This document shows, piece after piece, positions 42,401 to 52,564 of a DNA stretch of 64,000 nt (within the stretch, counting starts at the first letter, position 1; every line of letters begins with the position of its first letter). The DNA is taken from assembly GCA_030747785.1 (NCBI GenBank), contig JASLKC010000026.1:4967-68966 (forward strand), read 5' to 3'. Origin of the DNA: Candidatus Poseidoniaceae archaeon. Its GTDB lineage: Archaea > Thermoplasmatota > Poseidoniia > Poseidoniales > Poseidoniaceae. Position numbers and translations under genes: made by a program. Below the pieces are notes generated by a model. The model had not been told where the DNA came from and searched no databases. It worked only from the letters and a program-made list of their open reading frames with translations.

Positions 42401-43953
42401 GTATGGAAGCAGGTAAAGATGGGCGCACAGACCATCACGGCGAAGACCTCCCTGAACTATCAAAATCCGCAACTAAAATGGATTATGAGCGGCTACTTAG
42501 TGCCCCCCTCCCTCGATTTAAGGGGAATTACCCTGGCTCTCCTTTGTGGATGGAAGTAGGATACTTTTGTTTACGCCGAACCTTTTCGAATATTTTCAGA
42601 ACTTTCGAAGTTACAGGCGATGAAAAAATTCCTACAGACAGAGGAACCCTCTGTGCAGCATGGCACACAAATGGATTATTAGATCCGATTTCTATACTTC
42701 TGACTCACCCCAAGAAATTCGTTGTAGGTGGACGTCATGATTTGGTAACTCGCCCCCTCTTTGGGTGGTGGGCTAGAAAATTTGCAGCCCAACCAGTGGT
42801 CCGTAAGGCCGAATTATTGCGCGGAGGATGTTCCGAAGAAGAAGCGACCCATCTAAACGGGCGCTCATTACTAAACCTCGCAACAGGAATTTCTGCAGGA
42901 TTCGGGTGCGCTTTATTTCCCGAAGGGACAAGCCATTCTGAAAGTCATTTAATTCGTCTACGAACAGGACCAATGAGAACTGTATTGGCAGCAGTAGCAA
43001 TTGCTAAGGCGCAGGATTTCAAACCCCCTCAAATGATCCCAATCGGACTTCATTACAGGGTCAGACACCTCTACAGAACCGACGCATGGGTGGAATACGG
43101 CGACCCAATCACAATTCCCGATGAAGGGCTGCCGCAGGATTTGATAGAAGCGGTTTCGGAAGGAAATTGGGCTGAACCCCCCGCTCAAAACGTTACTACT
43201 CTAAGAGACGCTTTGGAAATCAAATTAGCCCCAATGACTCCCGATAGTCCGAGCTTTGGCGATTACAGAGCAGACCATTTAGTCGCCCATATGCGGGCCA
43301 GAAAAGAGCAAACCCCTCTAACAACATGGCGCGAGGAAGTATTAGCGGCAAGAGAAGTAAAAGCAAAACCCCCTTCGGAGGATGCGGCAAAACTTGCAAA
43401 GAATATTGGAAACGTGTTGTACGATAATCACCTTGATGGAAGAGATATTTCCCCTGATGGCCGAAGATTACGAAGCGTTTCTCCACTAGGCGCCATTATT
43501 GATCTTGCAAAATTGGCATTATTCCTAACCTTCCTCCCAATTACCATAATTTCACTTTCTCTGCAAATTTTACTTGGTAGATATTTAGGAGACAGTACCG
43601 ATGAAGGGATGGATGCAAGAACGACATACCAATTCTTAGCAGGTATGTTTGGCTCGTTGATTTTTTGGCCGATAATTGGCGTCACCTCCGTTCTTATTGC
43701 CTCTTCTTTCCACTCTGAAATTCATCTAATGATAGGCGTCGATTGGACGACAATGCTTGGAGAAGATGAAACAATGAAGGTAATCTCACACATTCTTGCA
43801 TTTATTGCAAGCCTAATTTTATTCTTAATATCTGCAAACACATTTTCTTATGGCTGGGACGTTTATGTCGATATTCGTAAATTCACATCCCGCCAAAGAA
43901 TTGGGCAAAAAATATCGCCCAAACTCGAAAAATTACTTTCATTACTTGAGTAA
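42397..43953 (+). CDS. PlsC-type (lysophospholipid/glycerol-phosphate) acyltransferase with a C-terminal multi-helix membrane domain
   Basis: The H-x4-D motif is AAWHTNGLLDP and motif III is LFPEGTSH. About 4 hydrophobic helices occupy the last ~170 aa. The ATG overlaps the HIT stop as ATGA. Confidence 0.8.
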   Translation: MSMEAGKDGRTDHHGEDLPELSKSATKMDYERLLSAPLPRFKGNYPGSPLWMEVGYFCLRRTFSNIFRTFEVTGDEKIPTDRGTLCAAWHTNGLLDPISILLTHPKKFVVGGRHDLVTRPLFGWWARKFAAQPVVRKAELLRGGCSEEEATHLNGRSLLNLATGISAGFGCALFPEGTSHSESHLIRLRTGPMRTVLAAVAIAKAQDFKPPQMIPIGLHYRVRHLYRTDAWVEYGDPITIPDEGLPQDLIEAVSEGNWAEPPAQNVTTLRDALEIKLAPMTPDSPSFGDYRADHLVAHMRARKEQTPLTTWREEVLAAREVKAKPPSEDAAKLAKNIGNVLYDNHLDGRDISPDGRRLRSVSPLGAIIDLAKLALFLTFLPITIISLSLQILLGRYLGDSTDEGMDARTTYQFLAGMFGSLIFWPIIGVTSVLIASSFHSEIHLMIGVDWTTMLGEDETMKVISHILAFIASLILFLISANTFSYGWDVYVDIRKFTSRQRIGQKISPKLEKLLSLLE

Positions 43954-43988
43954 ACGGGTTCAAGTGAGACCACCTCTTCGGAAGGACG

Positions 43989-44621
43989 ATGACTCCTAGT
44001 GAAGTTGAATCCGCAGTTAGGGATTGGCTAACAAGTGAGAGGATGGAGATTAGGGACCAGCCTGACGAAAGGGCCATCTCTCACATGCTTGTTAGATACC
44101 CGGCTGGCCGTAATGGCCACATGTTTGCGGTAGTTGTTCCCAAAGGCAGAGACCTTGTTGCAATTTCGAGTATGACACGGGTCGATGGCGGTCAGCAGAA
44201 TTCAATGAAGGAGCTGATGGGAGAAGACGATGACGAGTGGAAGGCATGGATACATGAATGCCGAATGCAACTCATCGCATCAGGAGTCGATTGGTCGGTT
44301 CACATGGGTCGTTCTGGCGAAGAAAGACCAGGCCCCCTTCAAGCATTCAATGTCAGCGAGCCGATTTGGTTTGATGGCCTTACAAAAAACGAATTGATGC
44401 AAACTCTACGCCGATTATGGCTAGCAAAGCTTGGAGTAATTCATGAAATAAAGTATACATTTGGCGCCGGAACAGGCTCTCCTGGGCCAGTTGATGATTG
44501 GGAAAAGAAGGGTATGAGAGGAAAGAGTTCTGGCAAAACAGGATCCGAGCCCGCGAAGCAAGTTGAGATAGATGAAACCATGACCTTCGGCTCAGGATTT
44601 GACCCCTCTGAATGGGTATGA
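43989..44621 (+). CDS. Hypothetical protein (possibly a YbjN/DUF2299-like fold)
   Basis: A 210-aa ORF with local codon usage. The resemblance is vague and from memory only. Confidence 0.5.
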   Translation: MTPSEVESAVRDWLTSERMEIRDQPDERAISHMLVRYPAGRNGHMFAVVVPKGRDLVAISSMTRVDGGQQNSMKELMGEDDDEWKAWIHECRMQLIASGVDWSVHMGRSGEERPGPLQAFNVSEPIWFDGLTKNELMQTLRRLWLAKLGVIHEIKYTFGAGTGSPGPVDDWEKKGMRGKSSGKTGSEPAKQVEIDETMTFGSGFDPSEWV

Positions 44622-44718
44622 AAGTATTCGCTTTCAATAACTACAATCTATGACCCGAAAGGGGCGCGGTTAAGTAGGAAGAAGAAGGCCTACTGATTGT
44701 CTTTGGAGAGTATATTCA

Positions 44719-47700
44719 ATGAGTCAGCCGATGAAGTCAATCACATTAGTAGCAATACTTCTACTATCAAGCCTGTCAACCGCATTAATGGCGGAGCCCG
44801 CCTCCGCCACTCAAGTGGTCATTACCGAAGCTATTCAAGTCGTGGACAGCGGTCCATCAAACGACCGAATGGCAGCGGTAGCAGCAGATTCAGAAGGCAA
44901 CGTTCACGTTGTCTGGAGTCGTTCGAATATGCATCTGTATTATTCAATGATTTCACCACGTGGAGAGACGTTGATTGATGCCACGCAGGTTTCCAATTCC
45001 GGTCTTCACAAAATCTACCATCCCGACATGGTAATCGATGATCTCGACAATGTTCACATCGTTTGGGCAGACCTTTCGGGGCAACACAAAATCATGTACA
45101 CCGCATTACGTCCATTCAATACGGCAATGGATGGAAGCGTTTCAGAAGAAAACACCCTCACTGCAATCGATGACACAATCATCGCTCAGGCCGTCAATAA
45201 CCGTGACTGGCCAGCAATAGATGTCGATAGCCAAGGAAACATCCACATCGTGTGGCAGGACAACTATGATTCTCTTGATATCTTCTTCCAACAACCACAG
45301 ATCTACTACGCAATGCTACAACCAGATTATGGCACACAATCGTCACTCATGCTCTTTGACGACACCCTACTAACCCCTATCATTGGCCACAAAGGCCACC
45401 CCGATATCGTCGTCGATGCTAACGATTACGTTCAGGTTGTTTGGGACGACACACGCGGAGGCAAGGTCGAACTTGCATTCATTGTAGATACCTCTGGTTC
45501 AATGTATTCCGAGTGGGCTGATGTCTGTACTGTAGTATATGGTGGAAATTTCGCTGGTGGCGGATTTTTCAAAGGACTTAAGCCAATGCTCGAAGAAGGA
45601 AACATGACAGTATACGATACAATTTACGGCCTTGGTGGATTCTTACCAGGCGCTGCTAGCAGCGGAAATTGTGCAACAGCATACGCTACTGGTGGTAGCG
45701 GAGCGGGACCACGCAATACGCCCCTTGGACAATCCCCAGGAGATGATTCCGGCGGCGTCAGAAAACTACCGGGAACTGTCTACAACGGCGCAACATATTC
45801 CGGATACTCCGGTGAAGATTGGGGCCCAGGGTCAAATTGGGCCTGCCTCTCATGGAAGGATTCGCTTGGAAATGTTCCAGGAAACCCACCTACTGCCGAC
45901 GACCATCGCTGGAACCCGAATGCAACCAAGATTGTCATTCCAGTTTCTGACGAGGGACCAAAAGATGGAGACCCATCTCAACAAGCAGACGATCTCCAAT
46001 CGATTAACGAAGCTCACGACAACTGTATCGAAGCAGGAGTCGTTCCAGTTGGCCTTTACGGTCAATCATACGGTGGAGCCAACAACATCCAGTCTCACAT
46101 GAAGGACCTTGCACAGTGTCCTAACGGCGTTGTATCAACTGCAACACGCAATTGCCCTGGAAATACTATTCGCGGCACTGATGCTGGCGGACAGACATAC
46201 GAATTCCCATCAGGAACAGGCGGAGCTAGTCAGATGCAACTTCTCGTTGAAGCAATGGTATACATCTCCACAAACAACTCTCGTGAGATCTATATGACCG
46301 TTCTTGACCCATATGGTAAGATGAATAACGACCCATCATGGGTGCCAGGAAATTCTGGGCACTCCACCGCTGGAAGCACCTATGCAGAGGACACAGGACG
46401 TGGAAGCGAAGGCCACCTCGTCGTTGTAAACGACACTAGGGTCACTATCGATGACGCATTCTCATACCATCCAACAATTGCCGTGGACATGATGGGTAAT
46501 ACCCACATTGCATGGATGGATGGACGCGACTATGGATTTGAGAAGGGAGTACCTTACGAGATCTATTACACCAAACTGCGACTTCAAGGAGCAGGAGAGT
46601 GGGACGGAGTACCCGATGGCCTCTCCACCTATGCAATCAAGAAAATTGACGACACGCCAATTTCAGAGGTTGAAGGATGGGGTGGAGCGCCACAGGGTGC
46701 ATCACCTAACTCCGCATACCCTGCACTGTTAACCGACGATCAGAACAAGGTTCACATCGCATGGCACGACTTTGGAAATGCTAGCGCATCTTCTGAGATT
46801 CTCTACGTTCGTCTCAACGCTACAGACCTAACAGGGCCTGGAGAGACCGCACTAGACCCATGGGAGCCTGTACCAATTACCTCTTGGCAATCTTCCAAAC
46901 TTGGACCATATTCAGGAAGCAAACCTTCAGTTGGACAGCCACCGGCATTTTCTAATGACCTTGGTAGCGGAGCCCATGTAGCATGGTCTGATACCAAGAA
47001 GTGTGCTGATGTTGATAATAACGGTAAATGGACCATCTGCTATTCCCACGTTCTAACAGGACAAGTAGATATCGAGTTCGATGAAGGTGAAACTTACTAT
47101 CACGTAATCGAACCCGGTGAGCAGACAATTTACAACCTGACCATCAATAACACAACGCCCGGTCCAAAAGACCTCGTTGCAGATACTTACAATCTCAACA
47201 TCACCGGCGTTCCTGAGAACTGGACAGCAACTCTCTACTTCTCGAATAATCATACTGCAATCTTCGCTGACACTCCAATCTTCCTTGAGGGCGGAGAGAT
47301 GGCTCGGTTCTACCTACGCGTTAGGGCACCATCCATCTATCAAGCGGCCGAAGACCAATTAGCTGAAATCACGGTCTCAGCAATTTCAAACAAAGATCCC
47401 GCGATACGGTCCGATAGGGTAACTCTTACCTTAATGGACGTTGTACACGGAATCGATCTCGATACCAGCCATCGTATGGCAGATGTTGAACAAGGACAGA
47501 CTGCAATCTTCTCGATTACAATTACCAATACTGGTAACGTACACGACTCGTTTGCCTTCTATGATCCGAATAGTTTGGAAGGTCAACAGGAATGGCTATT
47601 GCCATTCGGATGGCAAGTGGACTTCCCAATGCAAGTAGCGCTTGACCCCGGACAGTCAGTGACAAAGAATCTAGAAATTAGCGTCCCAACGAGCCAAGAC

Positions 47701-49722
47701 CCTGGAACTTTCGTATTATACGTTAAGGGATGGTCTGAAGGCGAGCCGGTAAAATCCTTAGAGAAAGGAACATACGATGTTCTTGAGTTATGGATTAACG
47801 TCTCTATCCGTTCAATCGGCAACATCGTCTTTGAGATATATGATACCAGTGAGATTATTCTACCAGGCACATGTGCTGAATACGATGTCAATGTAATCAA
47901 GAATTACGAGGCAGGTTATCTAGTATTCACCACCCCGGGCTCTCCAGAAGCAAAGCCTGACGAAGTAGACCTCAATACTTGGAGGCAAGAACACTGGACA
48001 GTAGAATTAGACTTCTCTAATGCCCCCGGTCCACGTGATCCTGGAGAGATGAATAGCCCTAGACTTTGGCCAATCGAGACAACATATACGGTTGTAGTCG
48101 ATGTTTGTGCACCATATAATGCGAATGCGGGACTTGGTCCGGCTGTCACAATTAAGGCACACCTCGAAGGCTATCCGCGCGTTGCAGATTCAGTTATTCT
48201 TTCAACGAACGTTATTCACGTATTCTCGCTTGATGCCTCAAGTGATTTTACTGAAATCAGTGCAAACCCAGGCGAATCATGGACAGTACCTACCAGTGTT
48301 GTAAATATAGGAAATGGCCCAGATAGATATGATTTGAGACTATCTCGCGTCCACGATTCTCAAGGAATTGACGTACTATGGGATGTCGACGTCCCTCGAA
48401 GTATCCTAACCGAACTATCACGCGACACTTCGCAAACCGTTGATGTAACAATCAATGTGCCAAGCCAAGTACCAGCTGGTGACTATACGGTTATTCTTCA
48501 AGCATTTAGCGAAGAAGACTACCCAGATGACTCAGGACATCGCACCCGTTTGCGCGATGAAGTGGTCATCCTAGTGACAGTTAACGAATTCTATGATATG
48601 CAGATTGAAATCGACACAAGCGTTGACAACGCAATCAAAACCAGCGCACCTGGCCGTATCGTTGAATACATAGTAAATGTCACAAATGCAGGAAACGTAC
48701 CAGACACTCCATCATTACACAACCACACCTCTCAGAAGGATGGTTCAACAGGTGAACTCATTTGGAATACATTACCTGGAATGGGCGCTCTTTCGGAATG
48801 GAAGGTAGAATGGCAGATGAGAGAATACATCGGCAGTGATCTAACCGTCGATATCGAGTGTATAGAGATGGTTTCCAACGAAGCAGAATTCCCGGATGAT
48901 GTTTGTGTTTATCTCACAGACCTCAATGAGTGGAGACTACCAGAAATGGACCCATACACAACACATACTCTGGTTGCTACAGTCCATGTTTCTACAAACG
49001 CTAAACTCGACACCCGCCACATCGGCCTAAAGGTGACTAGCATAGCTGGTGATATGGAAGCAGAAGGCGACCACGACGACAGCCCACAATGGGCAGGAGA
49101 GTTGTTAGATACCAACGAGTTAATTGTAACTCTAAGGCTCAGGGCGCCAAACTTGGTAATCTCTGATGTCTCAGTTGCTGAGACCTCTGCTGATGTTGAT
49201 AGGACAATTCCAATCCGTGTAGTTCTACAGAATACAGGAAACGTTCACGCAACCGACATTGAAATCGTACTCTGCGAGTTCGATAATTTCGATGATGAAA
49301 TGCAAAAGGAAATCCGTAAGAACGGATGTCCAGAGGACAGCGTCGTAATGCGCAAGGTAGTCGGTGCTCTACTAGCACCAGACGCAAGCGAGGATGCTAA
49401 CGAGATTGAGATATACTTACTCTACCCCGTTACCGCTGGTAGCCACGATGTAGTCGTCGTAGTCGATCCCGACAATAATATCGTCGAGGTAAGTGAAGCA
49501 GACAATCTACGTAAGGTCAATGAGGAACTAACCAGTAGTTCTCCATTCCTAGATGTCGCAGGGGAAATCATCAACGACTGGGCTCTTCCATTCGGTGTAT
49601 TGCTTCTGACCTTCTCCTTGTTCGGAGTACTATTCCTTGTTGGACGCGGCCGTCGTGCTGAAGTGAAGAGTCGACTTGCAGAGCAAAGCAGTCTAATCAG
49701 CGTCCTTCAAGACGAGGATTGA
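44719..49722 (+). CDS. Giant anchored surface protein: 7-bladed propeller-like repeats interrupted by a vWA-like (MIDAS) domain, then multiple CARDB/NEW3-like Ig-fold domains and a C-terminal TM
   Basis: 1667 aa with the signal peptide MKSITLVAILLLSSLSTALMA. The repeat motif [VI]H[VI][VA]W.D occurs 7 times. The MIDAS-like motif is FIVDTSGSM at nt 45487, with VIPVSDEGP downstream. CARDB-like strings such as VNVTNAGNVPD and VLQNTGNVHATD recur. The TM helix is FGVLLLTFSLFGVLFLV. Confidence 0.85.
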   Translation: MSQPMKSITLVAILLLSSLSTALMAEPASATQVVITEAIQVVDSGPSNDRMAAVAADSEGNVHVVWSRSNMHLYYSMISPRGETLIDATQVSNSGLHKIYHPDMVIDDLDNVHIVWADLSGQHKIMYTALRPFNTAMDGSVSEENTLTAIDDTIIAQAVNNRDWPAIDVDSQGNIHIVWQDNYDSLDIFFQQPQIYYAMLQPDYGTQSSLMLFDDTLLTPIIGHKGHPDIVVDANDYVQVVWDDTRGGKVELAFIVDTSGSMYSEWADVCTVVYGGNFAGGGFFKGLKPMLEEGNMTVYDTIYGLGGFLPGAASSGNCATAYATGGSGAGPRNTPLGQSPGDDSGGVRKLPGTVYNGATYSGYSGEDWGPGSNWACLSWKDSLGNVPGNPPTADDHRWNPNATKIVIPVSDEGPKDGDPSQQADDLQSINEAHDNCIEAGVVPVGLYGQSYGGANNIQSHMKDLAQCPNGVVSTATRNCPGNTIRGTDAGGQTYEFPSGTGGASQMQLLVEAMVYISTNNSREIYMTVLDPYGKMNNDPSWVPGNSGHSTAGSTYAEDTGRGSEGHLVVVNDTRVTIDDAFSYHPTIAVDMMGNTHIAWMDGRDYGFEKGVPYEIYYTKLRLQGAGEWDGVPDGLSTYAIKKIDDTPISEVEGWGGAPQGASPNSAYPALLTDDQNKVHIAWHDFGNASASSEILYVRLNATDLTGPGETALDPWEPVPITSWQSSKLGPYSGSKPSVGQPPAFSNDLGSGAHVAWSDTKKCADVDNNGKWTICYSHVLTGQVDIEFDEGETYYHVIEPGEQTIYNLTINNTTPGPKDLVADTYNLNITGVPENWTATLYFSNNHTAIFADTPIFLEGGEMARFYLRVRAPSIYQAAEDQLAEITVSAISNKDPAIRSDRVTLTLMDVVHGIDLDTSHRMADVEQGQTAIFSITITNTGNVHDSFAFYDPNSLEGQQEWLLPFGWQVDFPMQVALDPGQSVTKNLEISVPTSQDPGTFVLYVKGWSEGEPVKSLEKGTYDVLELWINVSIRSIGNIVFEIYDTSEIILPGTCAEYDVNVIKNYEAGYLVFTTPGSPEAKPDEVDLNTWRQEHWTVELDFSNAPGPRDPGEMNSPRLWPIETTYTVVVDVCAPYNANAGLGPAVTIKAHLEGYPRVADSVILSTNVIHVFSLDASSDFTEISANPGESWTVPTSVVNIGNGPDRYDLRLSRVHDSQGIDVLWDVDVPRSILTELSRDTSQTVDVTINVPSQVPAGDYTVILQAFSEEDYPDDSGHRTRLRDEVVILVTVNEFYDMQIEIDTSVDNAIKTSAPGRIVEYIVNVTNAGNVPDTPSLHNHTSQKDGSTGELIWNTLPGMGALSEWKVEWQMREYIGSDLTVDIECIEMVSNEAEFPDDVCVYLTDLNEWRLPEMDPYTTHTLVATVHVSTNAKLDTRHIGLKVTSIAGDMEAEGDHDDSPQWAGELLDTNELIVTLRLRAPNLVISDVSVAETSADVDRTIPIRVVLQNTGNVHATDIEIVLCEFDNFDDEMQKEIRKNGCPEDSVVMRKVVGALLAPDASEDANEIEIYLLYPVTAGSHDVVVVVDPDNNIVEVSEADNLRKVNEELTSSSPFLDVAGEIINDWALPFGVLLLTFSLFGVLFLVGRGRRAEVKSRLAEQSSLISVLQDED

Positions 49723-49743
49723 TTCGAGAACCCACAAAGAACC

Positions 49744-50505
49744 TCAGCGGTCCTTTGTTGGTTCAATGCCTAGCACAGCCCACCAAGGCAGCTCTGCTGC
49801 CTGTGGTGCCGCAACAAATTGACCTGTGCGTTCAGCGAGTTGCCTTACGACTCTAGAACGCACTTCGTCCATGAGTTTCTCACTAGCCACAGCCCCTAGT
49901 TGCAACTCTTTTGCTAGAGCATTGAAATCGAAAGAAGACGTGGGAGATTCGAGCATATTATGAATCACATGTCGTTGTTCATATGAATCAAAGTCAGTAT
50001 CAACAGTTGCAGAAATACGCTGTTTTATTTGTTGATGTAAAGCAATCAAAACATCGCGTTCTACATCGAGCCTTTCTAGTTCATTTGTGATTTGGGACAA
50101 ATGCTGCATACCTTCCCCAACACCAATCATTTTCCTACCACTAACAGTTTCAGCCACATGAGCAACCTTCCCTTTAAGGGCCTTTGAAAGTTTCAAAGGA
50201 CCTCCTGTAGGTAGTGAACGTTGTTCACAATGAAATAGATCCGGGCCTAAATCAATTCTAAGCGAAATTGCTTGTTGAACGGAGTAAATATTACGCGGAG
50301 GGCCCCCTTTGCTGCTAGCAGCCTTCATTTTTACAACAAATCCCGCCTGCTCTAGCAACTTCAAATGCTTCATTACCGCTTGTTGTGAAACGCCAACCTG
50401 GTCGGCCAACTGCAAGGGATAATGAGGTTCTCTTACGAGGCGTTCAAGAATACCTCTCCGTACCTTATTTTGAAGCAGGCTAAGGGCATCGTCGAGGTCT
50501 GCCAT
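49744..50505 (-). CDS. ArsR-like winged-helix transcriptional regulator with an extended helical C-terminal domain
   Basis: The wHTH region is RRGILERLVREPHYPLQLADQVGVSQQAVMKHLKLLEQAGFV. About 170 further residues follow, including a coiled segment. Confidence 0.75.
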   Translation of the reverse strand: MADLDDALSLLQNKVRRGILERLVREPHYPLQLADQVGVSQQAVMKHLKLLEQAGFVVKMKAASSKGGPPRNIYSVQQAISLRIDLGPDLFHCEQRSLPTGGPLKLSKALKGKVAHVAETVSGRKMIGVGEGMQHLSQITNELERLDVERDVLIALHQQIKQRISATVDTDFDSYEQRHVIHNMLESPTSSFDFNALAKELQLGAVASEKLMDEVRSRVVRQLAERTGQFVAAPQAAELPWWAVLGIEPTKDR

Positions 50506-50562
50506 GACTACACAACCAGTGGTTACCTACCGGCCGACACCTATCAAGGCGTCGGAGAGACA

Positions 50563-51453
50563 TCAAGCCTCGTCCCACTTCTTCCACGAGTCATCTTTCG
50601 GCGGCTTTTCGGGAGTGAAGCCCGAAGCGACATTACTAGACCCGCCAGTAGAACTTGGCGGAGTTGGTTTGACTCTAGTGTCTGCATTTGAAAACGGAGA
50701 GGGGGGTTCACGTTCTACAAGAGTAGTGGGATCTTCACCCTTCATCAGTCGATAAATTTGGTCTGTAGTCAGGATATCTGGTCCGGCAGTCTGAATCGGC
50801 TGCTCTTCACTTTCTGGAGCCATTGCTTCAAGAATATGCTGATTTGTAACAAGGTGTATTTTTGCAGCTTGACCTCGATTAATCATCATCAACATCCACC
50901 CAAGAGGAATTAGTAAGAATCCAAGTCCACAGGCCCCAAACATCACCACAAGAGTTGGATTGCTAACAAACGAACTAAAGTAGGTTGCATCATTTGTCAA
51001 ATAAACAGTAATCCCATCACAATCAACACATCCCTCAGCGGGAGAGACCAGCACTTCTATTTCCTCGTCAATTGACCATTTACCTACATTTGTAAACGAA
51101 GAACCATCTCCTGCTAGCGCCTCATAATTGGGTTTGCATTTTTCTTCAATTACTTCTGTAGCAGAAGCGCCCTCTACTCTTTTGAGTTCAAGAATGACAT
51201 CCTCAGTTACGCCTTCGACCTCTACGACCCAACACCCCGGCTCAAGGACAATACCCCCTGTCTCACCAAGGGTAATCGAATGATCTGCCGACATCCTAGG
51301 ATCTGAAAGATTGTTCATTTCGTCATTTTGGAACACCAATAGAGTTAGCCCAATTACAGCTAGACCTACTCCAATAATCAGCAAGCGCTTGGGCCACGGA
51401 GATACTTCGGGCACGGCCTGCATGTTAGAGGCGTTGCGGCGCCCATCCTTCAA
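50563..51453 (-). CDS. Hypothetical two-pass membrane protein with a Cys-containing extracytoplasmic loop
   Basis: The helices are LLIIGVGLAVIGLTLLVF and LVVMFGACGLGFLLIPLGWMLMMI. It starts 10 nt after the top6A stop. Confidence 0.55.
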   Translation of the reverse strand: MKDGRRNASNMQAVPEVSPWPKRLLIIGVGLAVIGLTLLVFQNDEMNNLSDPRMSADHSITLGETGGIVLEPGCWVVEVEGVTEDVILELKRVEGASATEVIEEKCKPNYEALAGDGSSFTNVGKWSIDEEIEVLVSPAEGCVDCDGITVYLTNDATYFSSFVSNPTLVVMFGACGLGFLLIPLGWMLMMINRGQAAKIHLVTNQHILEAMAPESEEQPIQTAGPDILTTDQIYRLMKGEDPTTLVEREPPSPFSNADTRVKPTPPSSTGGSSNVASGFTPEKPPKDDSWKKWDEA

Positions 51454-51463
51454 CCAAACGGAA

Positions 51464-52564
51464 TCAAACTAGGCCCATCTCGCCCAGTTTTTCAGGGAGA
51501 TAGGTGTCTGTAACGAAGTCGAGACCGTATTTTGCAAGTGATTGTTGCTCAGCCTTCTTGCCAATTTCCAGCATCATATTGATCTGATTTTGCCACCAGC
51601 CATCAGCAAATCTTGGATCAGATAACTCAGCATTGAGCGCTTCGATATCTTTCTTTGAAAGGTCGTCAGAAGGAAGGTCATAAGCAATAATATCATCAGA
51701 TGTAATTCCAAGATAACTCGCCGAAGGTGTCGCAAGATATTCTGAAATGTGTGCGGTTTTTATCGCTCCATACGCTATTGAAGCAAAAATACGGAATGAC
51801 CAGGGGTCACCGTCAAGGAATACAACAACCGGCACATCCCATTCTTCATTCATCCTCTTCATAATTCGTCGTGTAGAACGCGCAGGTTGGCCCTTCAAAT
51901 GGATTAGAGCGCAATCATAAGCTTCATCAAAACCATTTTCAATCAACCGATCGAACATTCCACCCGTCTCGATAGCCATTAGGAATTTAATGTCGTGTTC
52001 CACGAGTTCAATCTTTTCACTTTCCACATTATATGGTACTCCATACCCCGAATCACCGACATCGTCACGAGCATTAATCCTCATCCATTGCCCTCTACGG
52101 TTTAATTCATTGAGAGTAACATTGCCAATTATTCGAGAACCATCCTCTTCTGGACGTAGTTTGAAATCTTCTCTTAGACATGTGGTCACAACTTCGAGAT
52201 CTTCTGCGAGATTATTTGATTCGTTCTGACTAGAGAATTTACCAAGACCCCAAGATTCAGAAATATAGTACATTTCTCTTAATGTCGAAGACTTCCCTGC
52301 TTCAATCATTTCCTCGATAAATTCTACCACATGCAATGCCCGGAGTAGATTCTTTGCGGAACCAAGGCTGGTCGCATCTCTAGTAGAGCGCTTTTTTCCG
52401 TATTTGAATACCCCAAATTTCTTGTCGAAGCCAATGTTATTCTTCGTTCGAACTGGAAGCGTCATAGTGGGCGGCTCTCCCTTTACGATACGATCATACA
52501 TCTCTTCTACCACTTCATGGAGGCGCTGTTTGGTAAGTTCTGGATCATTTACTCGTGACATCAT
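51464..52564 (-). CDS. top6A: DNA topoisomerase VI subunit A (Spo11 family)
   Basis: The catalytic Tyr context is LREMYYISE, and the Toprim motifs are AIETGG and FLDGDPWSFRI. The ATG overlaps the top6B stop by 4 nt. Confidence 0.95.
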   Translation of the reverse strand: MMSRVNDPELTKQRLHEVVEEMYDRIVKGEPPTMTLPVRTKNNIGFDKKFGVFKYGKKRSTRDATSLGSAKNLLRALHVVEFIEEMIEAGKSSTLREMYYISESWGLGKFSSQNESNNLAEDLEVVTTCLREDFKLRPEEDGSRIIGNVTLNELNRRGQWMRINARDDVGDSGYGVPYNVESEKIELVEHDIKFLMAIETGGMFDRLIENGFDEAYDCALIHLKGQPARSTRRIMKRMNEEWDVPVVVFLDGDPWSFRIFASIAYGAIKTAHISEYLATPSASYLGITSDDIIAYDLPSDDLSKKDIEALNAELSDPRFADGWWQNQINMMLEIGKKAEQQSLAKYGLDFVTDTYLPEKLGEMGLV

